From Welwitschia mirabilis (Eukaryota), in the NCBI GenBank assembly GCA_051453625.1, contig JBOZIK010000001.1, positions 3,998,322 through 4,050,031 on the forward strand: a stretch of 51,710 bases of DNA. The letters are read 5' to 3'. Each line of letters opens with the position of its first letter. The stretch's first letter is position 1. This document shows positions 24,513 to 37,833 of this stretch, piece by piece. Both the position numbers and the translations under genes were made by a program. Under the pieces are notes generated by a model. The model saw only the letters and a program-made list of their open reading frames with translations, had not been told where the DNA came from and made no database searches.

Positions 24513-27500
24513 AGTAACACCCTATTTTTCTAATACCTTAAAAACTTCTACATGCTGATGCTCTAATACCAAAATATAATATCCAAATTTTTCACACTAA
24601 AAACTTGGGAACATTATAGAGATTTGGATACATAAACTTTGGCCTATTATCTTATTGCCCAGCATATAACCACTTGTATTATAATGACAACTTGAAATTT
24701 AACTTTGAAATTTACTAAGATAAAACTTAACTTATACAATAGATGGCATGTCATAATTGTATCATTAAAACACTAGCTAGGAGAGAATAGGGTATTCAGA
24801 TAGGAGGGAGAACATAGATTTCAAATATAATAAGAGGAGAGATTATGAAAAACTGTAAAGTAGGTAAAGAAAATTATGAATGTAAGATAGGGATTCGATT
24901 CAAATAATAAATAAGCATGTAAAGGAGTATAAAGAAAAAAGATCTAGATCCCTTAAAAATCAAGTGAACTCAAAAAAAAATCACACCTCTTAAAACATGA
25001 ATTCAAGAAAATTGCACATTTCTAGAAGTGCAATTTTCTCTTTACTATGTAAATTAGCAAATTTTGTAAATGAAAAATGCCATAGAGGAGAGGCAAGCAA
25101 CTTACTGGTAATGAGAATAAGATGCAAACATGTTTCAAGAAATGCATTTCTACATTTTTAAGAAGTGCATTTATAAATCATTTTGTTTTCATTTAACAAA
25201 TGATTATGAATAATTTTTAGGTTGCACTACTCAATATCTTATAAGCATTTTGAAATATAAATTACTATTCATTGGATTCATTAACAAATTTCACCACTTG
25301 GCATTAATAATGTCATCTATTATTAAATATTTTCAAAAAATTGTAGCACAAGCCTGTTAATGTATTTTTTATCAGACACTCACATGATTTACCTTTCCAT
25401 TGTTAACACAATTTTAATAGTGTGTTTTCTGATGGGTGCTTACATAGTTCACCTTTTAAAATTTAAAATAATTACATTGTAATCCTTTCCTTTGAAACCT
25501 CCAAAATAAAACATATTTGATCTAAGATTTAGAAGGGTGCTACCAAAGAAACGATCAATAAAATTCATAATGTTTTTCATTAATTTCCTTTTCTAATAAC
25601 TCAGTTTTTAAAATGAAATTCTTAACTCTGCGAGTCATCATGCATCCCATAATATCTTTAGAATTTTATTATAGAATTTATATATTTCTAAAACAAAAAT
25701 GATAGTTTAAAGAATCTAATTAAAATTTGGAGACCATATGTTATTAATGTAAGAAGATAACCACTACTATGTTGGTGTGAAATGGAGATTTGTATGGATG
25801 GAAGAACTATATTTGAGGAAGAAGGGGTCATGGAAAAAAGCAACTACAAAGAAAAAAGCATCGATGATGTGTGAAAAGGAAAATAATGCTAGTGTGTAAG
25901 AGAAGGGATGATCATTGATACTTTCTATAGAAGGGCAAGATTTTACAAACTAATACAGACAAAAGAGGGGATGTTTGAGCATAAGGAAGATACACATAAA
26001 TACACATGAGCTAAAATTATGCATTTCAGAAGTTTAAATCTTCATGTTTATCAAAAGGATGTGTAAATAAAACAAAGCCCTTAAATTATAAGAATATAAT
26101 AAATAGCACATATAAATGAATTCATAGTATTTAGATTTCTAATTTAATTTTAAGAATCACCTTAAAGAAAATGGTTAAGACAATTGATAATAAAATGAAG
26201 GGTTACGGGTTCGAATTTAGATTAAGAATATTATATCTCTCTTAGTTTTCTATGCCTATATTTTAAGTATTTTAGGTAATATTGAGCAAATTGATAAAAT
26301 TATATTAATAGAAATCGAACTCTAGAACATTTCCTTATCAAGCTAATAATTTAATCATTCATGTTAATAATGAACTTAAGAAGTATTTAGTAGAACAATG
26401 GAAAGTAACTAAAGTACTAACTACATGTTACTAACATTAAAAAATGTATACTTAAGTTATTTATATTTTAAATAATCTACAAAGCATAAGGCTATACACA
26501 TCTCTCAAATAATAAGCAAGCCTTTATTAACAATACAAATTTTCTTAGGTTAAACATAATAGTTGGTTTAATAATCCAATCTTAAAATATAATGTAATGC
26601 ATAAAAAATAATCAACTTATAACTAATGTAGTAATAGTTTAAGCCATTAGAAACAATGAGTTCCTATTCCATGACCAAAATTCATGAATGCATCTAAACC
26701 TACACAAACATATGATATGAGAATTATGAAATCATTGCAATTCCTAGTGTGACCCAAGTAATGGAGGGTGGAAGGAAATGTAATCAAATCCTAAGGATGT
26801 TTCCAAGGAATAACGTGAGATAATACAAATGAGATAGATAAATGCTTGAGTATGTTGATATAAGAATGAAACTTTGTAAACCCATAAGTAATCATAGCAT
26901 AGCATCCTAAGTTACATGAGTCCAAAAATGAAATATTCAAGTTCCAATAATTTAATAATGCACTATTTAAAATCAAATAGTGCACAATCGATGGAATTTA
27001 AGAATGCACTATCAAAAGAATTTCAAAAATATTCATTTTTCTAGAGGTTTATTCATATGACCAATAGAAACCATTCAAATGGAATAAATCCTCTAAAGTC
27101 ACAAAGACACCCTATCATATAAAACTATATGGGTTATAAACATTACCTAATTACTCTGATAGTTTACTTTTATGGCCAATGAAAGCCCTTCAGATGGCCC
27201 AACCCCTAAAGTCAAATAATTTGGTTATTTATTCAAGATTATTTCAAGCATAACATTTAATTCATAGCCAAGATATTACATGCATAAGTAAAAACTTACA
27301 AGACCATGTAGGATAGCAAGAAAAAACAATGAAACATATAAAATATGTAAGAATTAAATTGGAATCATATAAAAGATGTAAGAATTCCTTGGTACCATAT
27401 CTTAAAATTCAAATTTCCAAGCTTTAAAATGCAATCCCTTGATCTTTCAAGACTTCAAAATAGATCTCCATAAGGAAGTTTCCAGGCTAAAGAACTTTTC

Positions 27501-28054
27501 CAAGGATTAAATCTAAAAAAAAGGCTCCTATTTATAAGAACTCAAAAAAAGTATTGAATTCTAAGAGTCACACAAGCACTACTATCTATATAAAATGGTT
27601 TTTAATTCCTCTTCTCTACTCCACTTCATACTTAACCACGGGTTATAATAAATGATAATTATACTTACCATAAATAATAAATAATGAATGATACATTAAC
27701 AATAATAATAAAATATTACATAAGCATGATATTAGTTACAATTCAAGATATTATTTAATATTTACTAAAAATAAAGAAGAATAAAATAAATCTAGATGTT
27801 AAACATATCCATTCATAATAATTACAAATCCATAACTCATTGGTATTTCTAAAATGAGCAATTAAATGAATAAAGCCAAGGCATTAATTACAACTACTAC
27901 ACAAAATAATAACCATGTAACTATTAGCTATAAAGGAAAACATCTAAGAATTAACATAAAATATTAGCATTATAAAATTTCATTTGCTCTTTTAACTTAT
28001 TTATTAGGTCATTTTGAACTCAACTCTTAATTACTAAAAATTTGGAACATGATA
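24513..28054 (-). repeat. 5' LTR of the Tekay-like element (~3.54 kb, uninterrupted)
   Basis: Termini (a)GTAACACCC...GGAACATGATA are degenerate TGTAACACCC...GTGACA. Adjacent to the PBS. Confidence 0.9.
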
Positions 28055-29599
28055 CTTTTAATTTCTTTTGACAAGATGATTAACTTCAATAAGGATATAA
28101 TTTGCTTTTTCTAGGAGAATTATCTATAAAATTCTCTAAAATTCTCAATCTTATTAGTGATTTCCTTTTGAGATATGATCTTCTTGATAGAACTATTCAT
28201 GGTTCTATATCACTTATTCTGCATAGGGTATTTTCTTGAATCAAGTAAGTTAGCTTTAATATCATGTATGAATGTGATGTAATTATATATTAAGTTATCA
28301 ATGTTATATTATATATATCACCTAAATGGTTATGTGTATAAGTTATATTATTTCATTATATATTATTAACTATTAATTAATAATACTTAATATTTAATAA
28401 TAGCTATATACATATCATCTTATGTAAGGTTAATCACACATCTTATTATATTTCCTTTTATGAATGTTCGAAATTTCTCCTTCAATTTAATCATGGATGA
28501 TTTTTGTGGTTTTCTTACATTATATTAGATGAACTTAATGTCATACCTATTTCAAAACACATCATCTAAACCTTCTAGATTGTTAATGTATAAATACTTG
28601 AATATCATATTTTGTTATATAATCTAGTTTTAACAGACATGTTTATGACTTACTTGTATTTCTTTCTTTCATTTCTTAAGATTATCACTCTTAAATAATA
28701 TACTAGTTATCCAAACTAGTTGGTACATTTCACATACTTACTTTTATAATTCAATTAAAATTGTTACTATTTACCTCTATTGAAAATCCTTCCCTTGATT
28801 TTATTGTATAAAATTTAATATATTTATATTATGTTTATTTTTAATGTTTATGTTATGATAGATTTTTGTGATCATATAAGATTTTTATTTTATTTGCTAG
28901 CCTCATTCTAGCTCATCTTATAACTCCTTTTTTATTTAGTAATTAAACCATTTCTTCCTTCTTAGAAAAATTTAAATTGTCCTTGAATATTTTTCCCATT
29001 AAAGATTAAAATAAATCTCTATTCATAATAGTCTAAACTTTCCAATGGAGTAGTAGTCCGAATGGTGGGATATCCATCTTCCATTGAAGGGGATGTATTT
29101 AAATATTTTAATATCTTTGCTAGCATACTATAAAACACTAGACATAATTAAATCATTTGTTTGAGTAAGCATAATAGTTATAATCCAAAGGGAGATGTGA
29201 TTACTGAATGTTTTAACTTTGACATTTGACTATAATAAATGACATATATTAGAAAAATAATAGGTGATATATTAATTAACTTTACATTAGAATATAGTAT
29301 TGTATTAAATTCAATGATCATAGGATTTAAAATCTCTTGACTAAAATATCCTTTGAATAGTATAGTATATAGTGCTTTTTTAAATGATTCTAGATTAAAA
29401 AGAGGAAAAATGCTCTAAAATTATACTCTTAAGCTTTTTCTCTAAATATTTTCTAACCTAATTGCATATTATTTCATGTTTGTGCATGTCATTATATGTT
29501 ACTTTGAAAGATTTATATCTCCTAATGCTACATTTTAATAGGTCTCTTAGGGATTATTTTTCCTTGAAATTATGATCATCACTTCAAATTCTACCTCTT

Positions 29600-30200
29600 T
29601 TATTAATGGTGAAGCTATATATTCCCCTACCCCTTTGAAGATAATTCTTTATTTCTCTGAAGATTCCTTTAATGTTATTTAAAATTAATTTCAAAAAGAG
29701 AATTAATGGGATACTTTATTGGATGCATCCATTCTTCATATGAGCTTCAAGCCTAGCTTCATACTATTTGGGAACCAAAAGGTTATCAAGTTATATATGT
29801 TCATAATCTCTCAAGTGGTTTTTTCCCTTCCTGCTTATGTGAAATAGGTTAATACAAAAGAAATAAAAAGTGGAGGCTTATGGTATATTAGAGAAACCTT
29901 TCTTGTCATCTCATCTTAGGACTATGACTTTAGCATATCTGATGTAAAACTTTGAATTTCTATTTAGGTAAAGTTTATAGATCTTCCCCTCTTATTATAG
30001 CCTTTTACTCCTCAAATGGCTAAAATCCTTGGGAAATATATCATAAAAGATCATCATTAGTTTATCAATGTTAGGCTAAGTAAAAGGATTTGTACATAGG
30101 TAGATCTTATCAAACCACTTTTAGAATTGATTGAAGTTTAAGCTTGAGTAAACATTTTAGCACTTATACCTTTTCCATAAATAAATGTTTTATTATGGCA
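29600..30200 (+). pseudogene. L1-type LINE ORF1 (DUF4283-like region), degenerate
   Basis: LMGYFIG...LHTIWEPKG...NLSSGFF...GGLWYIRETFLVISS*DYDF...I*VKFIDLPL...ILGK...RICT*VDLIKPL follows the plant L1 ORF1 pattern (GPW..L....W.P.F / WV...LP / RICVEVDL.KPL). Confidence 0.8.
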
Positions 30201-30749
30201 AAGAAAGCCATTGGAAAAAGAACTTCTCTCTCCTTCCTTCTAAGCAACCAACCCCAAATTTATAAATAGTAAATGCAGATAATGTTAAAGATGCTTCTGC
30301 TAGGTAGTTAATGTAATCAATATAACTAATAATAAATATGTTACAACCATAGAAGTCATAACATTTGCTACTCCTGATCCACTTAGTATAGTTCATAACT
30401 CTTCCTCTATTGAAATATCACATACAAATAGTAAATAAGCCCCAAAAGAAGACTCAACTTAGATTACTATTACAAAAAGAGCAAAATACTCTCTCTCCCC
30501 TAAATGTAGGTATGAACCTTCCCTTCATCCAATTTATTTTGCTAAAAAACTAATCCTAACCATTTTTATACTCTTGTGTATGCTCTTGAAAATACTGCAA
30601 GTCCTCCTCTTTTATTTGAAATAAAACTAAATGAAAACTCCTTATATGGAGTTATTATTCCTTCCCTCTCATGATAAAATTTATCATAGAATGTTAAGCA
30701 CCTTTCAAATCCCTTTAGAAAATTTGTGGTTAAGTACTTCTTATTAGAT

Positions 30750-31790
30750 CATGGTAGCTTCCTAATAACTTAGCATTATAACATTTTAAAATTACTTCTT
30801 TAGAAATGATTTAGTCATCTTAAGTTATATATTCTCATCACATATATTTCATCAATAGTCATGTTAAAGGAAAGGGTGAAGCTTTTATCCTATATAATTT
30901 CTTTCTTCATTTAGTTGTTGATTGTGGGAAAATCCCACTCATCATGTAGTCTATGTTTGTGTATAAATTCAAAATTACTCAATAGCAGTATGTGATATCT
31001 ATGCACTTATGACTTCAACTAAAAGGATTAACCTTTGGAAATGGCACAAATCTCATCTTCCTCATGCTATGTATATTCTCTTTGATGATTTTAATTTTCT
31101 TGAAAGCTCTTATGATAAACTTGATAGCCCTATTATTTCATAAAATACTTAAGATCTTAAAATCTAGCTCTATCTAAAACATAAATAGAATATTTTTTAC
31201 CCCATTTTCTAGCTCTTCATAATCCCTTATTACTTATTTACTTGGAAATACATTAGATCCTAAGGAAAGCTTGTTTTTAAGAATCTTGATAGATTCTAAT
31301 TTACTTCTTATAATTTCTTCCAAATTTTCAACCTTCCTTTACTCAACAAAGTGCTTTACCTAATTACCTTTCCCTTTCCTTCTCAACAATATTTAGCAGG
31401 CCTTATATTATTTTCAAAAAAAGAAATCATTTTATTTTAGGAACTTCTTAGGATTATTCTTAAAAAGAGAACCAACTTCTCTCTTCTATTTATAACATGT
31501 CTAATTCTTTAGATGATTCTTATTTTAAGGAGAAGCATACTAACAAAGAAATAAATTGTACTAAGCTAGAAGACCATGCTAGAATATAAAATCATTGCTA
31601 AGTAGAGAAGAAACTAAAGAATTCACCTTGAACAATCATTAGATGAGAAATAAATAGCCATCACTCAAAGATCCCATAGAGTTTACTTGAATTCAAATCT
31701 TAATATTATTCACCAAGACCTCTAGTGAATCAATATGTTAAAAGCTAGAGAGGATCTTCTAAAACTAGAGTTTTTTGAATCAATTATGAT
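30750..31790 (+). pseudogene. LINE ORF2 AP-endonuclease region, degenerate
   Basis: DIYALMTSTKRINLWKW...ILFDDFN and TWK...LDRF correspond to the VYAP..R..LW / GDFN / TW...RLDRF endonuclease motifs. Boundaries are approximate. Confidence 0.75.
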
Positions 31791-31792
31791 AA

Positions 31793-33024
31793 TGTTTGTA
31801 AAATTTCAATTTTAGTGATTTCACTCGTCAAATATAATATGCCTATTATGTTAGATAAGTTAAGTTGAATAAAATCAAATCATAAAAAGCATTAATTCAT
31901 GTCAAACCTTAATTTTATATTACAAAAAAAAGTTTAGCTTAGATTTCATGTATGCTAAACCACAACTAATGAAATATGTCTACACATTTGAAGACNNNNN
32001 NNNNNNNNNNNNNNNNNNNNNNNNNNNNNNNNNNNNNNNNNNNNNNNNNNNNNNNNNNNNNNNNNNNNNNNNNNNNNNNNNNNNNNNNNNNNNNNAATAT
32101 GTCTACACATTTGAAGACATCTATGGAAAAGATGTATATTACATCAAACAAGTCTATGCTGAACTAGACTTCATCATAGAAAAAGACATCTATATTAACA
32201 AAGTCATCTATACTAAAGTAAGAATATGAGATTGGTGAAAAACATCTATCACATTAAAGACATCTATGTTACTTAAACTATTGAAAAATATCTACATAAT
32301 TGAAGACATCTATACTAAGATAGAAGAGGTAATAGAGATAAATTATATTTTAGTGATTTATCTACATCTTAGAAATCAATCAAGTTTTTCATTTTTAATT
32401 CATAATCACAAAGAATTATAAAAAATACAATTCAAGTTTTATCAAAATCTAGGTAGTTTGACTAAAGACATCTTCCATGTTAAAGAGGTTTGCCTGATAA
32501 GATATGTCTATCATCTCAAAGATGTATATCTTAAAACTTTTTGAAAAATAAAATTGCTATTAGACACTAAACACTTAGCCTTTTCTATTCATTATATAGT
32601 AGTTACATACTTTTAAATAGCTATCTCTTTAGGACAATAGTAAGAAAAACATCATAAGTATAAAGGGGATAAAGAAAGAAGAAGAACAATTAAAAAATAT
32701 GCATAGGTAATTGGTACTACATACAAAGATTTTAGCTATTATTTAAAAGGAACTATTAGATGAATACATCATTCAATCATTAGATACCTTGAGAGGAGCA
32801 ACTCAATTATATGCAAGGTTGATGATGCTTCAAAACTATATTTTTATAGGTCAAGAATATCTAAAGGAATGAGAGGAAGTTATCCTCTGTGTGTAGACAT
32901 ACCAAGGTTTGGGAACCATGTTAATTGAGTAAGGTGTTTATTATATAGTTTTTTAATTTATTTTTAGCTAAATTTATTTTGGTGGACTTCATTTACCACT
33001 CCCCTTTGAATTTAATAATTCTTA
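31793..33024 (+). repeat. 5' LTR of Sirevirus 2
   Basis: Probable TG start at 31793 (uncertain). GACATCTA array at 31970-32530. Ends TTCATTTACCACTCCCCTTTGAATTTAATAATTCTTA directly before the PBS. Confidence 0.7.
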
Positions 33025-33026
33025 AG

Positions 33027-33038
33027 TGCTATCAGAGT
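33027..33038 (+). other. primer-binding site (tRNA-iMet) of Sirevirus 2
   Basis: TGCTATCAGAGT approximates TGGTATCAGAGC. Confidence 0.8.
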
Positions 33039-33076
33039 AGGTACTCACAAAAAGAAGTAATATCCTTAAGTAAACT

Positions 33077-36000
33077 ATGAAAGGGATGCCATATGTCAAA
33101 CATTCACTCTTCAATGGGATAAGCTATGCCTATTAGAAGATAAGGATGCAGGTGTACTTATAATCTTATGAGTTCAAGGTTTAGTAAATCATTAAAAATG
33201 GACACTTTAAATCTATATAAATCACAATAGATGTTGTAGGAAATTATATTACACAAATCAAACCTATAAGGAATTGGAAAGACAAAGAAAATATAGCTTT
33301 CCTATATGAATCAAAAGAAAAGAATGTTCTCTACTCAGCCCTTATAATGAAGGAATTTCATAGAATAGCTAGATGCAAAACTACATAAGAAATATGGAAT
33401 GTTCTAGTAGGAAAAAATGAAGGAATCTCCATTGTCAAGAAATCAAAACTTTTTATTTGGTTAAATTAATTTAAAAATCTAAAGATGAATAATGTAGAAA
33501 GAGTACATGAATATTTGACTAGAGTCTCTAACATAGTGATTTCTATACGTGGTATTGATGAAAATATTCCTAAGATCAAGGTAATCTAAACGTTTATTAG
33601 ATCCTTAACTCTAGAATACAGGCATAAGACAACATCCATGAAAGAATTAAGAAACTTTAACTTAATGGATATTGAACATTTACAAAGTGCTCTAATGATT
33701 TATGAGATAAATATTATTCAAGATGGTTCTTTAAAAGCAAAGATTATTACTCTTAAATCCAATGAAAATACTATGTGAGTTTTAAAAGAAAAAAAAAAGA
33801 AGGGCCATATGGAGATAACTATAAAGATGACGTAGATGAAGAACTTCCTCTTATCACAAGGCAATTTAAAAGACTTCTTTAACAAAAGAATAACAAAAAC
33901 AAGGACTATTAAAAATCATTCAGATTTCAGGCTAGAGATAAGATAAAAGCTAAAACTTCTAGTAATTCTTCATTTTCTTCCAAGTCTCATATTTCTAAGT
34001 TAGAATGTTGGATATCTGGAGGATGAGAACACATAGCCTTGAAATTTCCTAGCTCTAATAGATTACAAGAAAAAGTACAAAGAAAGAGTCCAAGAAAAGT
34101 AGATATTTCTTCATATGTTGGGATGATGATGAGGATGCAACTAAAGTAGAGATATCTAATGATGAAAAAGCTAATTCATTCTACATGGTCATTATACATA
34201 TCCAAAAGAAAATTAATGACAGAAAAGAAGAATTTGAATTATATAGTGAATGTGAAATAGATAGGAAACTTTAAGATAAGTATGATTTAATTTATAAAAA
34301 TATCATTACATTACAAAAAGTATGTGCTAAAATGAAAAGATTACTTCATTCTCATGAATTGGCTTATGAACAAAAAAGAGATTCTTACAAGATATTATCA
34401 TTTAAAAACTCAACTCTTAAAGTTGAGAGTAGTAAACTAAAGTATGAATTAAAGCATGTTAAATAGGAACTTTTTAACTTTAAAAGAATCAATGAGAAGT
34501 TAACCCAAGGAAAGAAAACCTTAAACATAATGCTCATACAATGTAGAAGCCTAAATGATAAAAGTGGTTTAGGTCACAATGAAGCCTCCACTAGTAATTC
34601 AGCTTCTTTGTTTAACAAATGGAACTACAAATCAAGGTATAAGAATATAGTTTATAAAAATAATATTATATAATATTACTACTATAAATAAGGTCATTTT
34701 TATTTTAATTATATAATAAAATTTAAAATTAGATATTATCTTATATGATATAAGGTTTAATGCAGAATAAATCAAAGAAAATTTGGTTTCCAAAATCATG
34801 ACCACCTCTATTAGCTTGAATTGGAGTATAAGTATTAATAAACATGCTTGGTATATTAATAATGGATGTTTTAGGCATGTGAATGGAGAAAAATCTAGCT
34901 TAACCACTTTGGTAGAGTAAGATAAAGGATTGATTATCTTTGGCAACAATATAGAGGTACCTATCAGAGGTATTGGAATCATTGGAGGAGATAATATATC
35001 TAAGGTAAAGGATGTTTTCTTTGTAGAAGACTTGCAACATAATCTACTAAGTATTGGTTAAATATGTGATGCAAATATTTCTATCCCTTTTATCAAAGAT
35101 GATTGTATCATCAAAGAACATAACTCAATCAAAGTTTTATTTTCTAGAATTAGAAAATCTAATGTCTACATTACTACCTTATAGGAAATTTATAATAAGG
35201 GAAACAAGTGTTTATTAATTAATAAATGTGAAATGGAGCTATGTCAAAGGACACTTGAACCTATAAACAAAAACTTGCTAAAAATCTTGGCCATAAAAAA
35301 ATGGTAAGAGGACTTCCTCAGCTACAAAGCCTTGATAATCAGGTTTATGAGGCACACCAAAAAGGAAAGCAAATAAAGGTAATATTTCATAAGAAAAATA
35401 CTATCATAATTAAATGTCCTTTAGATATTTTACATCTTGATATTATTGGTCCATCTCTTATAGAAAGTCTTGATAAGCAAATATATTATTTAACTATTAT
35501 TAATGATTACTTTTATTTTACATGGGTAGCCTTTCTTTCATATAAGGATGAGGCATTTGATGTTTTCTCTAATTTATGTAGTAGGTTATAGAACCAAAAA
35601 GGCTATAAGATTAAGATGATAAGAAGTAATAATCATACTAAATTTAAAAATGCAAAGTTTAGATATTTTTATGAACATCTTGATATTCTTCATCAATTCT
35701 ATGTGCCAAGAACTCCACAACAAAATGGAGTTGAAAAAATAAAGAGTAGTGTTCTAAATGAAATGAGAAGAATTCTAATCAATTCTAAACATGTTTCTTA
35801 TCATTTTTGAGTAGTAGGAGCCATCAACACTGCATGTCATATTTTCAATTGAGTTCTAGTAAGATGTTTTACTTATAAAACTTCATATAAGCTATGGTCT
35901 AATAAGAAACCATTAATAAGTTATTTTCATATATTTCAATCAAAATATTTCATCTTAAATAAAAAGGATAAGCTAATAAAATTTGATTTAAAAGTCGACA

Positions 36001-37833
36001 GTGGCATTTTTCAAGGTTATTTAATGATCAATAAAGCCTATCAAGTGTTCAACAATTAATCTCATGTAGTAAAGAAAACTATAAATGTTAAAATAAATGA
36101 TACTAACTCAACTTTTATTGATGTGCAACATGACTATATTCCTATACAAATTGATTAAACATCTAGACATCCTCAAGTTCAATCAAGTAGTGAGGAGGAA
36201 AAAGAAGAATAAACAAAGAAGAAAACTTCTTCAAACATGATTAAACTAAAGAGAAATTACTTTATATGTAATATAATACATGTTATATATGGTGGTATTT
36301 AAACTTGAAGCCATCCTAAAGGATTCCATGGATTTGTAGCATATATATCTCAAGTAAAACCCAATACTTTCAATGAAGTAAAAAGTGATAAAGATTGGAT
36401 GCTAGTAATGCAAGAAAGACTTAATCCGTTTAAAAGACGTAATGTCTAAGGACTCACCTCAAGACCATTTAATAGACCTGTTATTGATACAAAATGAGTT
36501 TTAAAAAAAATAATAATGTTATTAGAAATAAATCAAGATTAGTAATCAAAGGCTATAACCAAAAATAAGGCATTGACTTTGAAGAAACCTTTGCACTAGT
36601 AGCTCATATGTAGTCCATTAGAATGATTTTAGCTTTTGCATGTATTAGAGGATTTAAAAATAGAGTACTTCAAAAAGAAGTATATATTAAATAATCTAAA
36701 TAATTCATGAATTCTTATAAATCAGACTGGTTTTACAAACTTAAAAAGGATATTTATGATCTTAAGCAAGCATGTAGACTTAGTACAAGAAATTATTAGC
36801 CATCTAATAGAAAATGGATTCAAAAGAGGTACATCTAATGTTATGATGTTTATTAGAAAGGATGGTAAGGATTTTATTATTATACAAATCTATGTAAATG
36901 ATATTATTTTTGGAGCTACTAACAAATTATTATGTAATAAGTTTGCTAAGAGTATGCAAGATGAGTTAGAAAAGAGTTCATGGTAGATAGGAATAACTTC
37001 TTAGGACTTCAAGTGGTGTAACACAAAGAAGATACATTCATTTCTTAAACTAAATGTATTAAAAATTTTCTATTCAAGTATGGCTTATAAAATTATAAGT
37101 TGAAAGATATTCCAATGAATCAAAGCACAAAACTAAACAAAGATGAGCATGGTAAGAAGGTTTACTAGAAGCTGAAAAAAGATATGGTTGGTAGTTTATT
37201 ATATCTTATTACTAGTAGATCTGATACCATTTTTAGTGTATGAATTTATGCATGTTATCAAAGTGATCCTAAAGTATTACATCTTATATCAGTTAAAATA
37301 ATTTTTACTTATTTAAAGGATACTATTAATTGGAGCCTTTGGTATTCAAAGGACTCCTACCTTGATCTAGTTGGATATTGTAGTGCAGATTGAATAGAAT
37401 GTAAATATGATAGAAGAAATATAAGTGGCGCCTGCTTCTTTCTTAGGTAATGCCTAGTATCTTAGAGTAGAAAAAAGAAAAACTTAATTGCTCTCTTAAC
37501 TATTAAAACTGAATACATTACTGCTGAGAGTTGTTATGCTTAGTTACTTAGAATGAAGCAAAATTTAAAATATTATGGATTATTCTTGAAAATCATCCCC
37601 ATATTTGATGATAAAAAAAGTGCTATTAATATCTTGAAGGATCCAACTCAATGTATAAGAACCAAGCATATCAAGATTAGACATTAGTTTCTTAGAAAAC
37701 ATGTACAAATAAAGATATCATACTCTAATCCATTAATACTGATAATCAATTGGAAAATATCTTAACTAAATCACTAAGTGGTAATAGGTGTATTAAATTA
37801 TGTAGAAATATAAAATTGAGTCCTGCCCATTTA
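33077..37833 (+). pseudogene. gag-pol: Ty1/copia gag-pol of Sirevirus 2 (many stops and frameshifts)
   Basis: gag: LFNGISYAY*KIRM. Protease: WYINNGCFRHVNG. Integrase: LDILHLDIIGP, PRTPQQNGV. RT: GIDFEETFA, IQIYVNDIIFGAT. RNase H: RTKHIKIRH. Confidence 0.93.

Larger units (their letters stand above)
7835..28054 (-). mobile_element. non-autonomous Tekay/Del-like LTR retroelement with ~3.5 kb LTRs and ~520 bp internal region; hosts a nested Sirevirus
   Basis: Direct repeats at 7835-10208 plus 22207-23993 versus 24513-28054. PBS at 24497-24509, PPT at ~23994-24012, and a gag remnant between them. Flanks CTTCT (7830-7834) and CTTTT (28055-28059) fit a 5-bp TSD with one C>T change. Confidence 0.88.

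Noticed and set aside
31973-32118. 23-bp repeat AATATGTCTACACATTTGAAGAC either side of 100 N
   Set aside because: Identical k-mer-sized overlap at a placeholder gap; assembly artefact.
34632-34982. 116-aa minus-strand ORF
   Set aside because: Antisense shadow of the copia protease region on the + strand.
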